This document shows, one piece after another, positions 49,661 through 59,022 of a stretch of DNA of 59,789 nt. Made by a program: the position numbers and the translations under genes. This DNA comes from an archaeon (GTDB lineage Archaea > Iainarchaeota > Iainarchaeia > Iainarchaeales > 0-14-0-20-34-12): the NCBI GenBank assembly GCA_038046645.1, contig JBBSVU010000009.1:1-59789 (forward strand), given 5' to 3'. The notes under the pieces are model-generated. The model did not search any database. It saw only the letters and a program-made list of their open reading frames with translations, and had not been told where the DNA came from. Positions within the stretch are counted from its first letter, which is position 1, and each line of letters begins with the position of its first letter.

Positions 49661-49798
49661 GTGACGCTCCATGGGCTGAAGCCCATGGCGTCTTTATATT
49701 AGTGGGCTTCAGGCGGAAGCCCAATACAGAAAAAAATGAAATGGGTGCGCTCCTCTCCAACCTGAAGGTTGGAGCTTCCGCGCACCCATGGAGCGTCA
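49661..49798 (-). mobile_element. non-autonomous IS200/IS605-like palindromic mini-element (PATE/REP-like)
   Basis: GC-rich hairpins CCATGGGC-TGAA-GCCCATGG and CTCCAACC-TGAA-GGTTGGAG; minus strand ends in GTCAC; 14-bp outer inverted repeat. Confidence 0.7.
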
Positions 49799-49875
49799 GT
49801 GATGAGGTGAAAACCTGCTGTTTTTAACCACCAAAGAATTGCCTTTAAATAACTGTTTCTGCAATAGCTATTAAT

Positions 49876-50991
49876 ATGCAAAAGAAAGATCAGCTCAGAT
49901 TTGACCTGCCGAACATTACCCTTTGGTATTTGGTAAAAGAATTAGAAAGCCAGATAAATCAAGGGCATATGAATAAGATTCAGGAACTTGACAACAATTG
50001 GTTAAAGGTAACCATAAATAAGGATGGAACACACAAAATGATTCTGACCCCGAACAATTTCTTTATGTCAGAATATGTGCTGAATGCAAAGCAGCAATCA
50101 TCTGGGTTTGGAGCTTTCCTGAACAAAAGGGTAGAAAATAGAAGGATACTTTCTTTCAAGCAGCATGGCCTAGATCGGGTTGTGGTTTTTGAATTTGCTG
50201 ATTCATATTTGATTTTAGAATTATTTGCAAAAGGGAATATCATTATTACAGACAAGAAATTCATTACAATAAAGCCTTACAGGCAAGAAATGTGGAAGGA
50301 CCGAACCCTAAAAAAAGATGTGCCATATATTTTTCCCCAGGATAAAAGGGCTAACATACTTGAGATTAATTTCAGAAAATTCTATGAAATAATAAAAAAT
50401 AGTGAAGATCCTTTAGTTTTTGCACTGATTGAAAACATTAATCTAGCTCCGCTCTTTTTGGAAGAAGCCTGCAATAAATCAGGCATCGATAAAAATAAGC
50501 CAGCAAAAGAAGTGAGTGAGAATGAATTGAAAATTGTCCACAAAACAATACTCTCATTCTTTGAGAGAAAGGTTGAGCCTGTTTTATTGCTACAAAATAG
50601 CAAGCATCTGTTATTGCCATTCCCTTTGGAAACTGTCCCGGGCAATATTGTTGAGAAATTTGATTCATTAAATGACGCAATAGGAAAATTAAATGTTGAG
50701 TCAATATCAAAGAAAAAAGATTTAGGGAGTGAAAGAAAATCAAATGAATTGAAAATAAGCATGGAGAACCAAAAAACAGCATTGGTTGAAGTACAAAAAA
50801 TGGCTGAAGAAAATAAGGAAACAGGAAATAAGATTTATGAAAATTACGTGCTAATTAAAGAAATATGCGAAATAATAAGGGATATGAAAAAAAATGGGGA
50901 AGAAGGCATTGTAGATAAGATTAAACAACGCTTCCCGCAGGTAGACAAAATTAATATTAAAGAAGGCAAAATCACAATAAATATTAGCTAA
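49876..50991 (+). CDS. rqcH: NFACT/RqcH (FbpA-like) protein, N-terminal part only
   Basis: SGFGAFL, QHGLDRVV, ILELFAKGNII, YIFP, GNKIYEN. Confidence 0.8.
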   Translation: MQKKDQLRFDLPNITLWYLVKELESQINQGHMNKIQELDNNWLKVTINKDGTHKMILTPNNFFMSEYVLNAKQQSSGFGAFLNKRVENRRILSFKQHGLDRVVVFEFADSYLILELFAKGNIIITDKKFITIKPYRQEMWKDRTLKKDVPYIFPQDKRANILEINFRKFYEIIKNSEDPLVFALIENINLAPLFLEEACNKSGIDKNKPAKEVSENELKIVHKTILSFFERKVEPVLLLQNSKHLLLPFPLETVPGNIVEKFDSLNDAIGKLNVESISKKKDLGSERKSNELKISMENQKTALVEVQKMAEENKETGNKIYENYVLIKEICEIIRDMKKNGEEGIVDKIKQRFPQVDKINIKEGKITINIS

Positions 50992-51025
50992 ATATTACAC
51001 AGAAAAACTGCGATACTTACTAATT

Positions 51026-51292
51026 TTATTCTGTTGCGGTTTCTATCTCTCTTTCATCAACAATAAAAACATCACTCACAGCAACTACTGCTGAATAAGG
51101 GACAGTTATAGTTGAATCTCTTGAGTGCAGTCTCTTGGCAAATTTGCTTGCCTTGTCAACTTCCACAAGCAATCTTTCAATCTCCCCGGTAACTTCATTC
51201 ACCATCAAGTCTGAAAGTCTTCCTAACTCATCCCCTCTATTGGTGATAATTTTCTTTGCTGCTAATTGTCTTGCAATGGTATATTTGTACAT
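51026..51292 (-). CDS. PRC-barrel protein (CdpB-like)
   Basis: IITNRGDELGRLSDL, TGEI, VPYSAVVAVSDVFIV. Confidence 0.85.
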   Translation of the reverse strand: MYKYTIARQLAAKKIITNRGDELGRLSDLMVNEVTGEIERLLVEVDKASKFAKRLHSRDSTITVPYSAVVAVSDVFIVDEREIETATE

Positions 51293-51405
51293 TCCTTCAC
51301 CCTATTTAGTAAATGTCTTACTTATTTATAAACTTTTCTTAATTGGCTACATAAATGCTGTTTAAAGCAAAAAAAGGATATTTATATAACATTTGGCTCA
51401 AATAA

Positions 51406-51753
51406 TTGTGTGGTTCAATGGCTGATGAAAATAATCCAAAAGGCAATAAAAGCCAGTTTAAGTCTACTTTAATCAAATATTGCATCCTTTTCGGGGTTTT
51501 TATTATTGTTGGAGCGGTTATGCAGCATTATGTAGTAGAGCCTTTTATTGGCCAAAATCTGCAAAAAACATTGGATACCTGTTACTCTGACAAGAATATT
51601 TTGAATTATGAAAACATTGCTTGCATAAAAGACAAAACTGATTGCACAGGCAGCCTTACAGAATGCAGCACAAAATTGGAAAAACTAAATTCTGATTATT
51701 CAGCTGACCTTGACAAGCTGATTGCGTGCAAAAAGGATTGCAATACTCAATAA
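51406..51753 (+). CDS. single-TM protein with Cys-containing coiled coil
   Basis: TM helix followed by a C-x6/7 periodic helix. Confidence 0.65.
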   Translation: MCGSMADENNPKGNKSQFKSTLIKYCILFGVFIIVGAVMQHYVVEPFIGQNLQKTLDTCYSDKNILNYENIACIKDKTDCTGSLTECSTKLEKLNSDYSADLDKLIACKKDCNTQ

Positions 51754-51764
51754 ACCAATTGCAA

Positions 51765-52373
51765 TTATTCCACATCAGGCACATTTACTAATTTTCCTTG
51801 CCTATCTATGGGAATCGTTTTTCTTAATGACGTAAGTATTGCAATTGCCTGGTCCCGCAATGCGTGATCCTTAATTCTTGCTGCAAAATTTTCTGCTTTG
51901 TTTAGGTCTATGTAAGCTACCTCAAAAAATACTGGCGTTCTGCCTCTAACAAAACCAATATTAACGAAATTTGCATTTGGAATTATTCCTGCTTCCTTAA
52001 ACATTTCCAAAAATTCTGGTGTCACAAATCTTCTAATTCTTCTATTTTATGATTTAATTGCATTGCTTTCAGCAACACCCGCATATGCCTGCTCAATAGC
52101 TTTCTGGCTTTGCTTATCAACAGGGATTCTTCTTGAATGTGTTACTTTTAAATCTGCGCTTACTGCAACAATTTCCGAAAAATTATTTGGAAAAAATAAG
52201 TGTGCTAAGGTTAATGCTAAGTTATACCTTGGAGAAGGCGTTCCTCTTAGTTTAGTTCTTTGAACATATCCAGGTAAGGGATGTCTTCTATCAGTAATTT
52301 CAACAACAGAAGCATGTTCTCCCCTAACCTTTATTGGCTTTCTTCCTGAAAATTTATTGGCTGGTTTCCTCAT
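51765..52373 (-). pseudogene. orphan gene interrupted by one in-frame TAA (52047-52049)
   Basis: Both listed ORFs are in one frame: ...AIKS*NRRIRRFVTPEF... Confidence 0.6.
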
Positions 52374-52416
52374 ATTAAATACTGCATAACTAAATTTTAA
52401 AATAAGATTGGAACCA

Positions 52417-53016
52417 TTAGCAAATAATTTCTTCTTCAATTTTTCCTTTTGGCTCTTTCTCAGTAAAAATTTGGGCTTGGAATTTGAACACTTTTGTTTC
52501 ATCCTGCTGCCATGCTGTTGGAATTAAACCTGCTTTTTTGCATGTTTCTTTCAAAAAAGTCTGAACGTCAAAACCATATTCTGTTGCAACCTGCGGCAGC
52601 AAAAGGCCGGACATCGATTTTTTTACAACAATTAAACCATCTCTCCCTATTTTTATTTCATCTTCAACCTTTTCCTTATTCACTGCCTTTGGTTCGGTTA
52701 AAATGGAAATTTCAATTACAATTTTATCCAGTTCAGATGCTGGCAACGGATTAAAGCGCGGATCTTCAAAAGCAGCATGTGTTGCTGCCTCAATCACCGC
52801 AAACCACAAAGGGCGAGAGGCATAAGGAAACCCAATACAACCCCTAAGTTGTTTTTTAGGATAGGTATTCAATGTTACAAAAACCCCCCTTAGCTCAAGA
52901 AACTTATTGTTTTGCGGCACTGCCTCATACATTCTGCTTGTGTGCAGATAATATTCTATGGACTTTCTTGCTAGGTTGATTAATTCCTGAGCATCTTCCA
53001 AGTTGAATTCGGCCAT
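52417..53016 (-). CDS. AMMECR1-domain protein
   Basis: GVFVTL, LRGCIG, DPRF, EISILT, GLLLPQV, KAGL. Confidence 0.93.
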   Translation of the reverse strand: MAEFNLEDAQELINLARKSIEYYLHTSRMYEAVPQNNKFLELRGVFVTLNTYPKKQLRGCIGFPYASRPLWFAVIEAATHAAFEDPRFNPLPASELDKIVIEISILTEPKAVNKEKVEDEIKIGRDGLIVVKKSMSGLLLPQVATEYGFDVQTFLKETCKKAGLIPTAWQQDETKVFKFQAQIFTEKEPKGKIEEEIIC

Positions 53017-53079
53017 ATTGTAAGCACTAGCATTGATTTTTTAAAGGCTTTTTATTTGCTTTAAGATAAGGGGGTTGGC

Positions 53080-56000
53080 ATGAGGTTCGCTTTTCTGGCG
53101 TTAGCTGGGTTTTTGCTTTTTTCAGGATGCGTAGATGAATCTGGCATTATTTCAAACAGGATTGACTGCTTAAACCTAAGTTCACAAGCTTCTGGAATTC
53201 TGCCAAATTGTGAAGATGAATCTTCTTGTTTCGCGGAAATAAACAAATATTTTACTTTTTCATCAGAATATTTTTCAGCAAACACAAAAATGCTTCTATA
53301 TGAATACAAAAATAATCTTGCAAGGTCCTGGTTATATTACAATCAGGCAATAAAAAATCTTGAAACAATCCACGAAATATGTTATAATAAAGCAAACACC
53401 GGAGAACTTCCAAAAAACATAAATGAATTGGCAAACAATATTGATGAATCTTTCGAGCAAATAAATGCAGCAAATGAAGTTAGCTTTAAAATAATAGCTG
53501 CTGAAAAAACATACCTTGAATCACTTAATATAAGCTTAATTAAAGAGGAAAATTTGGCAGATGATTACATACAATTAACAGACAACTTAAACCAATTCCG
53601 GGAACAATCGCCGCATAAATCTGATTCATATTACTATTTCTATTACCAAACAATCAAGGAGTTTGAAGAATTGGGCTCAAAGTACAATATACAAACTACC
53701 TTTGTAAAAGAAAATGATTTGGTTGATTTTCTTTATGCTGCCACTAGAAAGTTAATGGAAAAAAACAGTGAGGGAACAACATTTTTCCCTTTTATCTTGA
53801 ATTTTTCGGGGTTTCTACTTGAGAAAATAAAAAGCAGCAAAGATATAAAAGAAACAGGGAATTTCCTCAAAAATCTGCCTGCATTTGAATTCCTCAAGGC
53901 GTATGCGAAGCTTGCATCTGAGAAAGATTCAGCAAACGAACATTTCATAAAAATGCTGACATCCTTAGCTATGCATTATAAAGAAACTTATGCAAGGATT
54001 GATTCATTATCTGCTGGAATTAATACGAAAAATAGCAGCATAAAACAAGAACTTAATTCAGATTTGAGCGAACATGAGAAAATCTTCGCATTGAAAGCAA
54101 TTACTGAAGAAATACGGACATTGGAAGAAGACAGTTATTTAACAAGCCAGAACAATTTATTTGAAGAAATTAAAAATTCTTCAACCGCGATAAACATCCG
54201 GCTTAATGCCTTAAACTCGGATTATTATTCCGGCAGGTTAACAATAGGGCATTATTTGAGTGAATTAAAAGTGATAAATGCTGAATTGGCTAAAATTGAA
54301 TACTATTTAAATTCAATAAAAACAAATTATTTGAAAAAAATAAATGATGTGTGCTCAAGCAAAATAAAAGAAATAGCGAAACAGGTCAAGAGTCAAAGAA
54401 ATGAAATATCCAACAAAATAATTTTGAGGGAAGGCTGGTTTTATGAAGCTAACTCATTTTATGAAAAAGCCGTGCATTGCGATGAAATATTGAAAAAGTA
54501 TTCTGAATTAAAAAAAATTCATGAAAATCAGGAAAAAATTGAATTAAATGCAGAAGAAGAAAGATTAGCTGAAGAAATAGGGAAAGAAATAGATTCATCA
54601 GGCATTGAACCTTTATTCGAAAAGGTCTGGAAAAAATTTTCTTTCATAAAAACATTGGCAAAATATGCAAAAAATGAAAAATTAGGGCAATTAGATAAAG
54701 AATTTGAAACGATAAATGAGTATTTCAAAGAAGGTTCTTTTATAATAACTGAAGAAAACTACAAAAAGTTATGGGTTATTCAGCTTAAAATTAAAGAATT
54801 CTATCAAAAGTTAAAAATTGAAGAAATTTCACAGATAAGCCTATTCCTTGAAAAAAACGCAGAATTAAGCACAATTCTCAATGAACAAAAATATGGATCT
54901 GCAATTTATTTGAACAAGCTTCAGTTCAATGTGCCATTTAGCTATTTAGGGGAAGAAATACCAATAAACTTCCAAATAATGCCCAAATTTTTAGAGATAG
55001 AAGGCAAAACAAATAATTTGACTGCTTTTTATTCAGACAATTCACTTAGCATAATCTTCCAGGAGATTCCTGCAGGCCAGAGTTATATTGAATGGTTGTC
55101 TGAAGAAAACGTAGAAGTAAAAAGGGATTTAGAGTTCATTGGTTCGAACAACACTGATGCAATCTTCTCTGAAAAAATTTCTATTAATTCAGAAAGGATT
55201 ATCCAAAATTTCAATTTTTCCGAAGAACTCGAAACATATGGATTGAATATATCCCAAATTTATATTTTGTCAGACAACCGCGAGATTGAATTTTCCAAAA
55301 AGCAAAACATAATAGACTTTATTGCAGATTTAAGCAAGAGCCCAATTAACATAAACTATATTCTCCAAAATGGGCTGTTTTTTGAGAAAAAATTAATTTC
55401 ACACGAAAAAATTTCTGAAGACGAATACTTGGACCAATATAATATAAAAATAACTAACCGTTTACCGCATAAAATAGAAAAAACTAGCCAAGTTCTTTTA
55501 GAATACACCCCTGAAGGTACAATAACTAAAAAAAACATCTGTTGCAACAAAGGCCTGCTTAAAATTTCAGGAAACTCCTTAATTATTGAAGCCAATGGAT
55601 TAAACCCTTACGAAATGCTTGAATTAAAAGCAGAAATACAAATAAGGGATTATTCTGAAATAACCAAGGCACTTAGTGAAAAATACAAGTTAGAATTATT
55701 GGAATTTTCAGTATCTGAATTTGCCGAAGTAAATGAAAAAGCAAATAACGGTTTAAGCAAATTAGGGGAAATTGCAAACAAAACAGATGGAAAGAACCAA
55801 ACAGAAGAATTAGGCAAAATAAGGGACAAACTAAAAGAAATAGAAACCTTAAATAATTCCTTAACCAAACAAAAAAATAAAATTAAGGAAGAATTGGAAA
55901 GTTTAGGCAAAAAAATCAAGGAGATAAAGGGTTTTCAAGCTTTTGTAGGTGCTGAAGAAAATGAAAAAATAGGGAAGGCTTCAGAATTGTTTGATTACTC

Positions 56001-56979
56001 CAATTCATTATTTGAAAAACGGCGATTTGCAGATGCTGAAAAATCACTCTCAGATGCTAAAGAATTAATAAGGTCTATTAACTACCCGAGCCAATTTTCG
56101 GAAAAGGAGATTAACAAAAGAATCACTGAAGTTATTAATGCGTTTAACGAACTTTCCTTATTCGGGGTTTGCTGCTATGACAACAATATAAATAGCCTAA
56201 TAAAAGATAAAGAAATATTAATTGGGCATATGCAAAGAAAAGAATTCTTAAAAGCTCTTGAAAAGAAAGATGAAATATCACAAAAAATAGATAATTTGAA
56301 TAGAATTTGGAAAAAAGAATTTAGTGATTTGGTAACCTCAACAAAGGATTATTTAAGCAGCCTGAAAAAAACTGCAGTGCTTGATTCTATTGCCGAATAT
56401 GAACTATTAAAGAAGGAATTAAGCGCATTTGAAAAAACAAAGAAAATAGGCATAAGTTATATTCCACCAATAACATTGAATGAATTGGAAAACCTTGAGA
56501 AAAATGCTAAAGAAATAAAGAAAGAAATCAATGAAAAAATAAACCCAATGCTGCAAGGGCTTTATGCGACAAGCAGTGATGAAATCACAAAAGCTTTAAG
56601 AAGCTATTTAAAGATAAAGGAAGATCTCCATGAACTGAAAACAAATGTCGATTTCATCAAAGATTCCATAAAAAAGGCATATTTCCAATTAAAAGAAGAG
56701 GCCTTTCAACTTGTGAGTGACTTCAATTACGACATAAACAATGCTGAAATTATAGATAAAGCAAATAATGAGCTTGCAAAAGGGAATTTAATAAAAGCAA
56801 TTGCATTAACTGGGCTAGCTTCTATGCCTGCTAAAGAGAAGGGGCAAAACAGCCTAATTCTCGGGATTTTGCTCATAATAATGATTATTAGCATTTATGT
56901 AATTTACTCTTTTTTTAAAAAGAATAATGGGAAAGAACCTAAAGCTATCAAGGTTTTTGGGCAATACAGTTATGTTTAA
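53080..56979 (+). CDS. large lipoprotein-like coiled-coil surface protein with C-terminal TM
   Basis: Lipobox-like LLFSGC; long helical regions; C-terminal hydrophobic helix plus basic tail. Confidence 0.75.
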   Translation: MRFAFLALAGFLLFSGCVDESGIISNRIDCLNLSSQASGILPNCEDESSCFAEINKYFTFSSEYFSANTKMLLYEYKNNLARSWLYYNQAIKNLETIHEICYNKANTGELPKNINELANNIDESFEQINAANEVSFKIIAAEKTYLESLNISLIKEENLADDYIQLTDNLNQFREQSPHKSDSYYYFYYQTIKEFEELGSKYNIQTTFVKENDLVDFLYAATRKLMEKNSEGTTFFPFILNFSGFLLEKIKSSKDIKETGNFLKNLPAFEFLKAYAKLASEKDSANEHFIKMLTSLAMHYKETYARIDSLSAGINTKNSSIKQELNSDLSEHEKIFALKAITEEIRTLEEDSYLTSQNNLFEEIKNSSTAINIRLNALNSDYYSGRLTIGHYLSELKVINAELAKIEYYLNSIKTNYLKKINDVCSSKIKEIAKQVKSQRNEISNKIILREGWFYEANSFYEKAVHCDEILKKYSELKKIHENQEKIELNAEEERLAEEIGKEIDSSGIEPLFEKVWKKFSFIKTLAKYAKNEKLGQLDKEFETINEYFKEGSFIITEENYKKLWVIQLKIKEFYQKLKIEEISQISLFLEKNAELSTILNEQKYGSAIYLNKLQFNVPFSYLGEEIPINFQIMPKFLEIEGKTNNLTAFYSDNSLSIIFQEIPAGQSYIEWLSEENVEVKRDLEFIGSNNTDAIFSEKISINSERIIQNFNFSEELETYGLNISQIYILSDNREIEFSKKQNIIDFIADLSKSPININYILQNGLFFEKKLISHEKISEDEYLDQYNIKITNRLPHKIEKTSQVLLEYTPEGTITKKNICCNKGLLKISGNSLIIEANGLNPYEMLELKAEIQIRDYSEITKALSEKYKLELLEFSVSEFAEVNEKANNGLSKLGEIANKTDGKNQTEELGKIRDKLKEIETLNNSLTKQKNKIKEELESLGKKIKEIKGFQAFVGAEENEKIGKASELFDYSNSLFEKRRFADAEKSLSDAKELIRSINYPSQFSEKEINKRITEVINAFNELSLFGVCCYDNNINSLIKDKEILIGHMQRKEFLKALEKKDEISQKIDNLNRIWKKEFSDLVTSTKDYLSSLKKTAVLDSIAEYELLKKELSAFEKTKKIGISYIPPITLNELENLEKNAKEIKKEINEKINPMLQGLYATSSDEITKALRSYLKIKEDLHELKTNVDFIKDSIKKAYFQLKEEAFQLVSDFNYDINNAEIIDKANNELAKGNLIKAIALTGLASMPAKEKGQNSLILGILLIIMIISIYVIYSFFKKNNGKEPKAIKVFGQYSYV

Positions 56980-56988
56980 ACACTATTT

Positions 56989-58209
56989 TTAGCCGGTTTT
57001 AATCTTAGGCTCTTTTGGCTTTCCTGACTCAGTTATGTAAAGATATAGGCCGCCAAATACAACTAAGCCAATTAAGATAAGCACAAAGGATTGTATCCAT
57101 GCCCAACTTAGCTCTTCTTTATCAAAAGCAACCGAAATTACTTTGCAAGAAGCCTTCTTGCCTTCATAGATATAAGTACAGGTGATATCACTCTTGCTTG
57201 CTTTGTCAGAAGTAATGGATATATCCTCATAAACAGTCTGATATGGGTTAAGCGCATCAAAGTTAAAAGAGCCTATCTCCTGATTATTGTTTAAGACCTT
57301 TAAATAAATATCTGAAATCTTAGATGAAGAAATATTTTTCAAGGCAATTTTTGCATTTACTGTCTCCCCTATTTTAGCCTTGCTCTTATCCAAGATTATC
57401 TCACTAATTACTTTATCAGTCAATTCCTCAACAACAATCTCAACAACATTTGAAAGCAATACTTGTTTTTCCCCAAATATATCTGTGAATTCAACTGATG
57501 AAGGAATTATTGTAATTGTTCCGACCCTGAGTGGCTTTATCACATACTCAAATGTTTTTTCCTCGCCTGCTTCAATTACCCCACTAAAATAAGAATCCCC
57601 TATGATATCATAGGATTTTGGCTCAGATTCAACAAGATTTCTCATATAATTAACATCCACATTAGCTTTTTTTGAACCAATATTCTTCAATTTTAAAGTG
57701 ACTTTCAGCATTTCACCAAAATTAACTGTCTTTGTTTCCACTGATTTAACAAAAGTATCCTTTGAAAATAGGGGTGTTTCATAAAAGCCAAAAATAGAGC
57801 TAGAAAGAATCGTTGCTTTAGTTATAGAATTGCTGGTAGAAATACAAACATTAAGGTCATTTTTCTCCAATAAATCATCTTGATTAAACCAAATCCTCGA
57901 AATGCATTGCCCTGAGCACTTGAAATCTGTTGCATTAAGTGACGCTTTTTTGATTTCATTCAAATAAATATCTAGTTGAACTGTTCCGGCAGTTACAGGG
58001 AAAAACTCAGTGTTAAGGGAGAGAACTGGATATAAACCGGAATCAGTCTCACCTAAGAAATTATAAGTAAAACACTGCTGTTGATTTTTGCCTTCAACAA
58101 TAAAATCAGAATAACCACTATCTGAAAAAACCTTTTCTGTTGAAGCAAACGCCGCTTGGTTAATAAAAATTAAAAAAAACAAAAAATATATTATATTTAA
58201 TTTATTCAT
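56989..58209 (-). CDS. secreted Ig-like (BatD/CARDB-like) protein with C-terminal TM
   Basis: Signal peptide, repeated LKNI strands, C-terminal TM; ATG 58209. Confidence 0.7.
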   Translation of the reverse strand: MNKLNIIYFLFFLIFINQAAFASTEKVFSDSGYSDFIVEGKNQQQCFTYNFLGETDSGLYPVLSLNTEFFPVTAGTVQLDIYLNEIKKASLNATDFKCSGQCISRIWFNQDDLLEKNDLNVCISTSNSITKATILSSSIFGFYETPLFSKDTFVKSVETKTVNFGEMLKVTLKLKNIGSKKANVDVNYMRNLVESEPKSYDIIGDSYFSGVIEAGEEKTFEYVIKPLRVGTITIIPSSVEFTDIFGEKQVLLSNVVEIVVEELTDKVISEIILDKSKAKIGETVNAKIALKNISSSKISDIYLKVLNNNQEIGSFNFDALNPYQTVYEDISITSDKASKSDITCTYIYEGKKASCKVISVAFDKEELSWAWIQSFVLILIGLVVFGGLYLYITESGKPKEPKIKTG

Positions 58210-58720
58210 TTTTCCCCCTCTTATTTCTAATTTTAGTAATATCTTTAGACTCATTTATTTTATTAAGTATACTTCTAACCGCTTGGTTTAAACTTTTTTC
58301 GTTTTTTACTACAAAAACCTTATTTTGGGGGTATCTCTTAAGGATATTTTTTTCACAATACTGTGTTTCTTCACAAAAAAGGTTATCTAATATTTTAATT
58401 GTTTTATACCCTCTTCCAGACAATCTTTTTTCCAAAATTTTAGGTTTAGCGATCAAAATAAAAACCAAGTCAATAGGAAGCTTAATCTCACACAAAACAT
58501 GGCCTTCAATAATGAAATTATTTTTATTTTTCAAATATTCCTTCAGTTTGGATGCTAATTTAGTTAAAGGCAATTCAAGTTCACCTTCAACCATTGAACC
58601 TATTCCCGCATCCAATGCAAAATCCCGCTCGTTAACTAAGGCATACCTTAATTGTTTTGCCAGGACTTTTGCAATTGTTGTTTTGCCAGTTCCTGGAGTG
58701 CCGGTAATTAAAATTCGCAT
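58202..58720 (-). CDS. adenylate kinase, AK6/Fap7-like
   Basis: ITGTPGTGKTT, IIEGH, RLSGRGY, ILDN. Confidence 0.85.
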   Translation of the reverse strand: MRILITGTPGTGKTTIAKVLAKQLRYALVNERDFALDAGIGSMVEGELELPLTKLASKLKEYLKNKNNFIIEGHVLCEIKLPIDLVFILIAKPKILEKRLSGRGYKTIKILDNLFCEETQYCEKNILKRYPQNKVFVVKNEKSLNQAVRSILNKINESKDITKIRNKRGKNE

Positions 58721-58822
58721 AATCCAAATGTAAAAAGAAGATCTTAACAGGCTATCTTTCTATCGAATAAGACAACTAGATAAAAAAGTAAAGAGGGGGA
58801 AGGGGTTACTGAGGATTTGCTT

Positions 58823-58945
58823 TCATCTCTTAATTTGTAAAGCGGGTGTGTCATCAGAAAGGGCTATGCCGCCACTCTCCAATTCCTTTACCAATTCTAA
58901 AATCTTTTCTTTATTCAGATTGCTTATGTCTGTATCGGTCCTCAT
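58823..58945 (-). CDS. 40-aa small protein (below ORF-track cutoff)
   Basis: MRTDTDISNLNKEKILELVKELESGGIALSDDTPALQIKR; SD-like AGGGGT and upstream TATTTAAATA. Confidence 0.5.
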   Translation of the reverse strand: MRTDTDISNLNKEKILELVKELESGGIALSDDTPALQIKR

Positions 58946-59022
58946 ATTACCCCTACGATAAATAGAATAAACTAACTTATTTAAATACTTTTTGGTAAAA
59001 TAAGGTAGAATAAAGCTCTATT

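Noticed and set aside
49796-49822. Hammerhead ribozyme or C/D box sRNA (GTGATGA...GAAA)
   Set aside because: No CUGAUGA core or three-stem junction, and no suitably placed D box; same for ATGATGA at 47663
49642-49881. 61-aa and 60-aa ORFs over the palindromic element
   Set aside because: Chance frames in GC-rich hairpin DNA with no protein features
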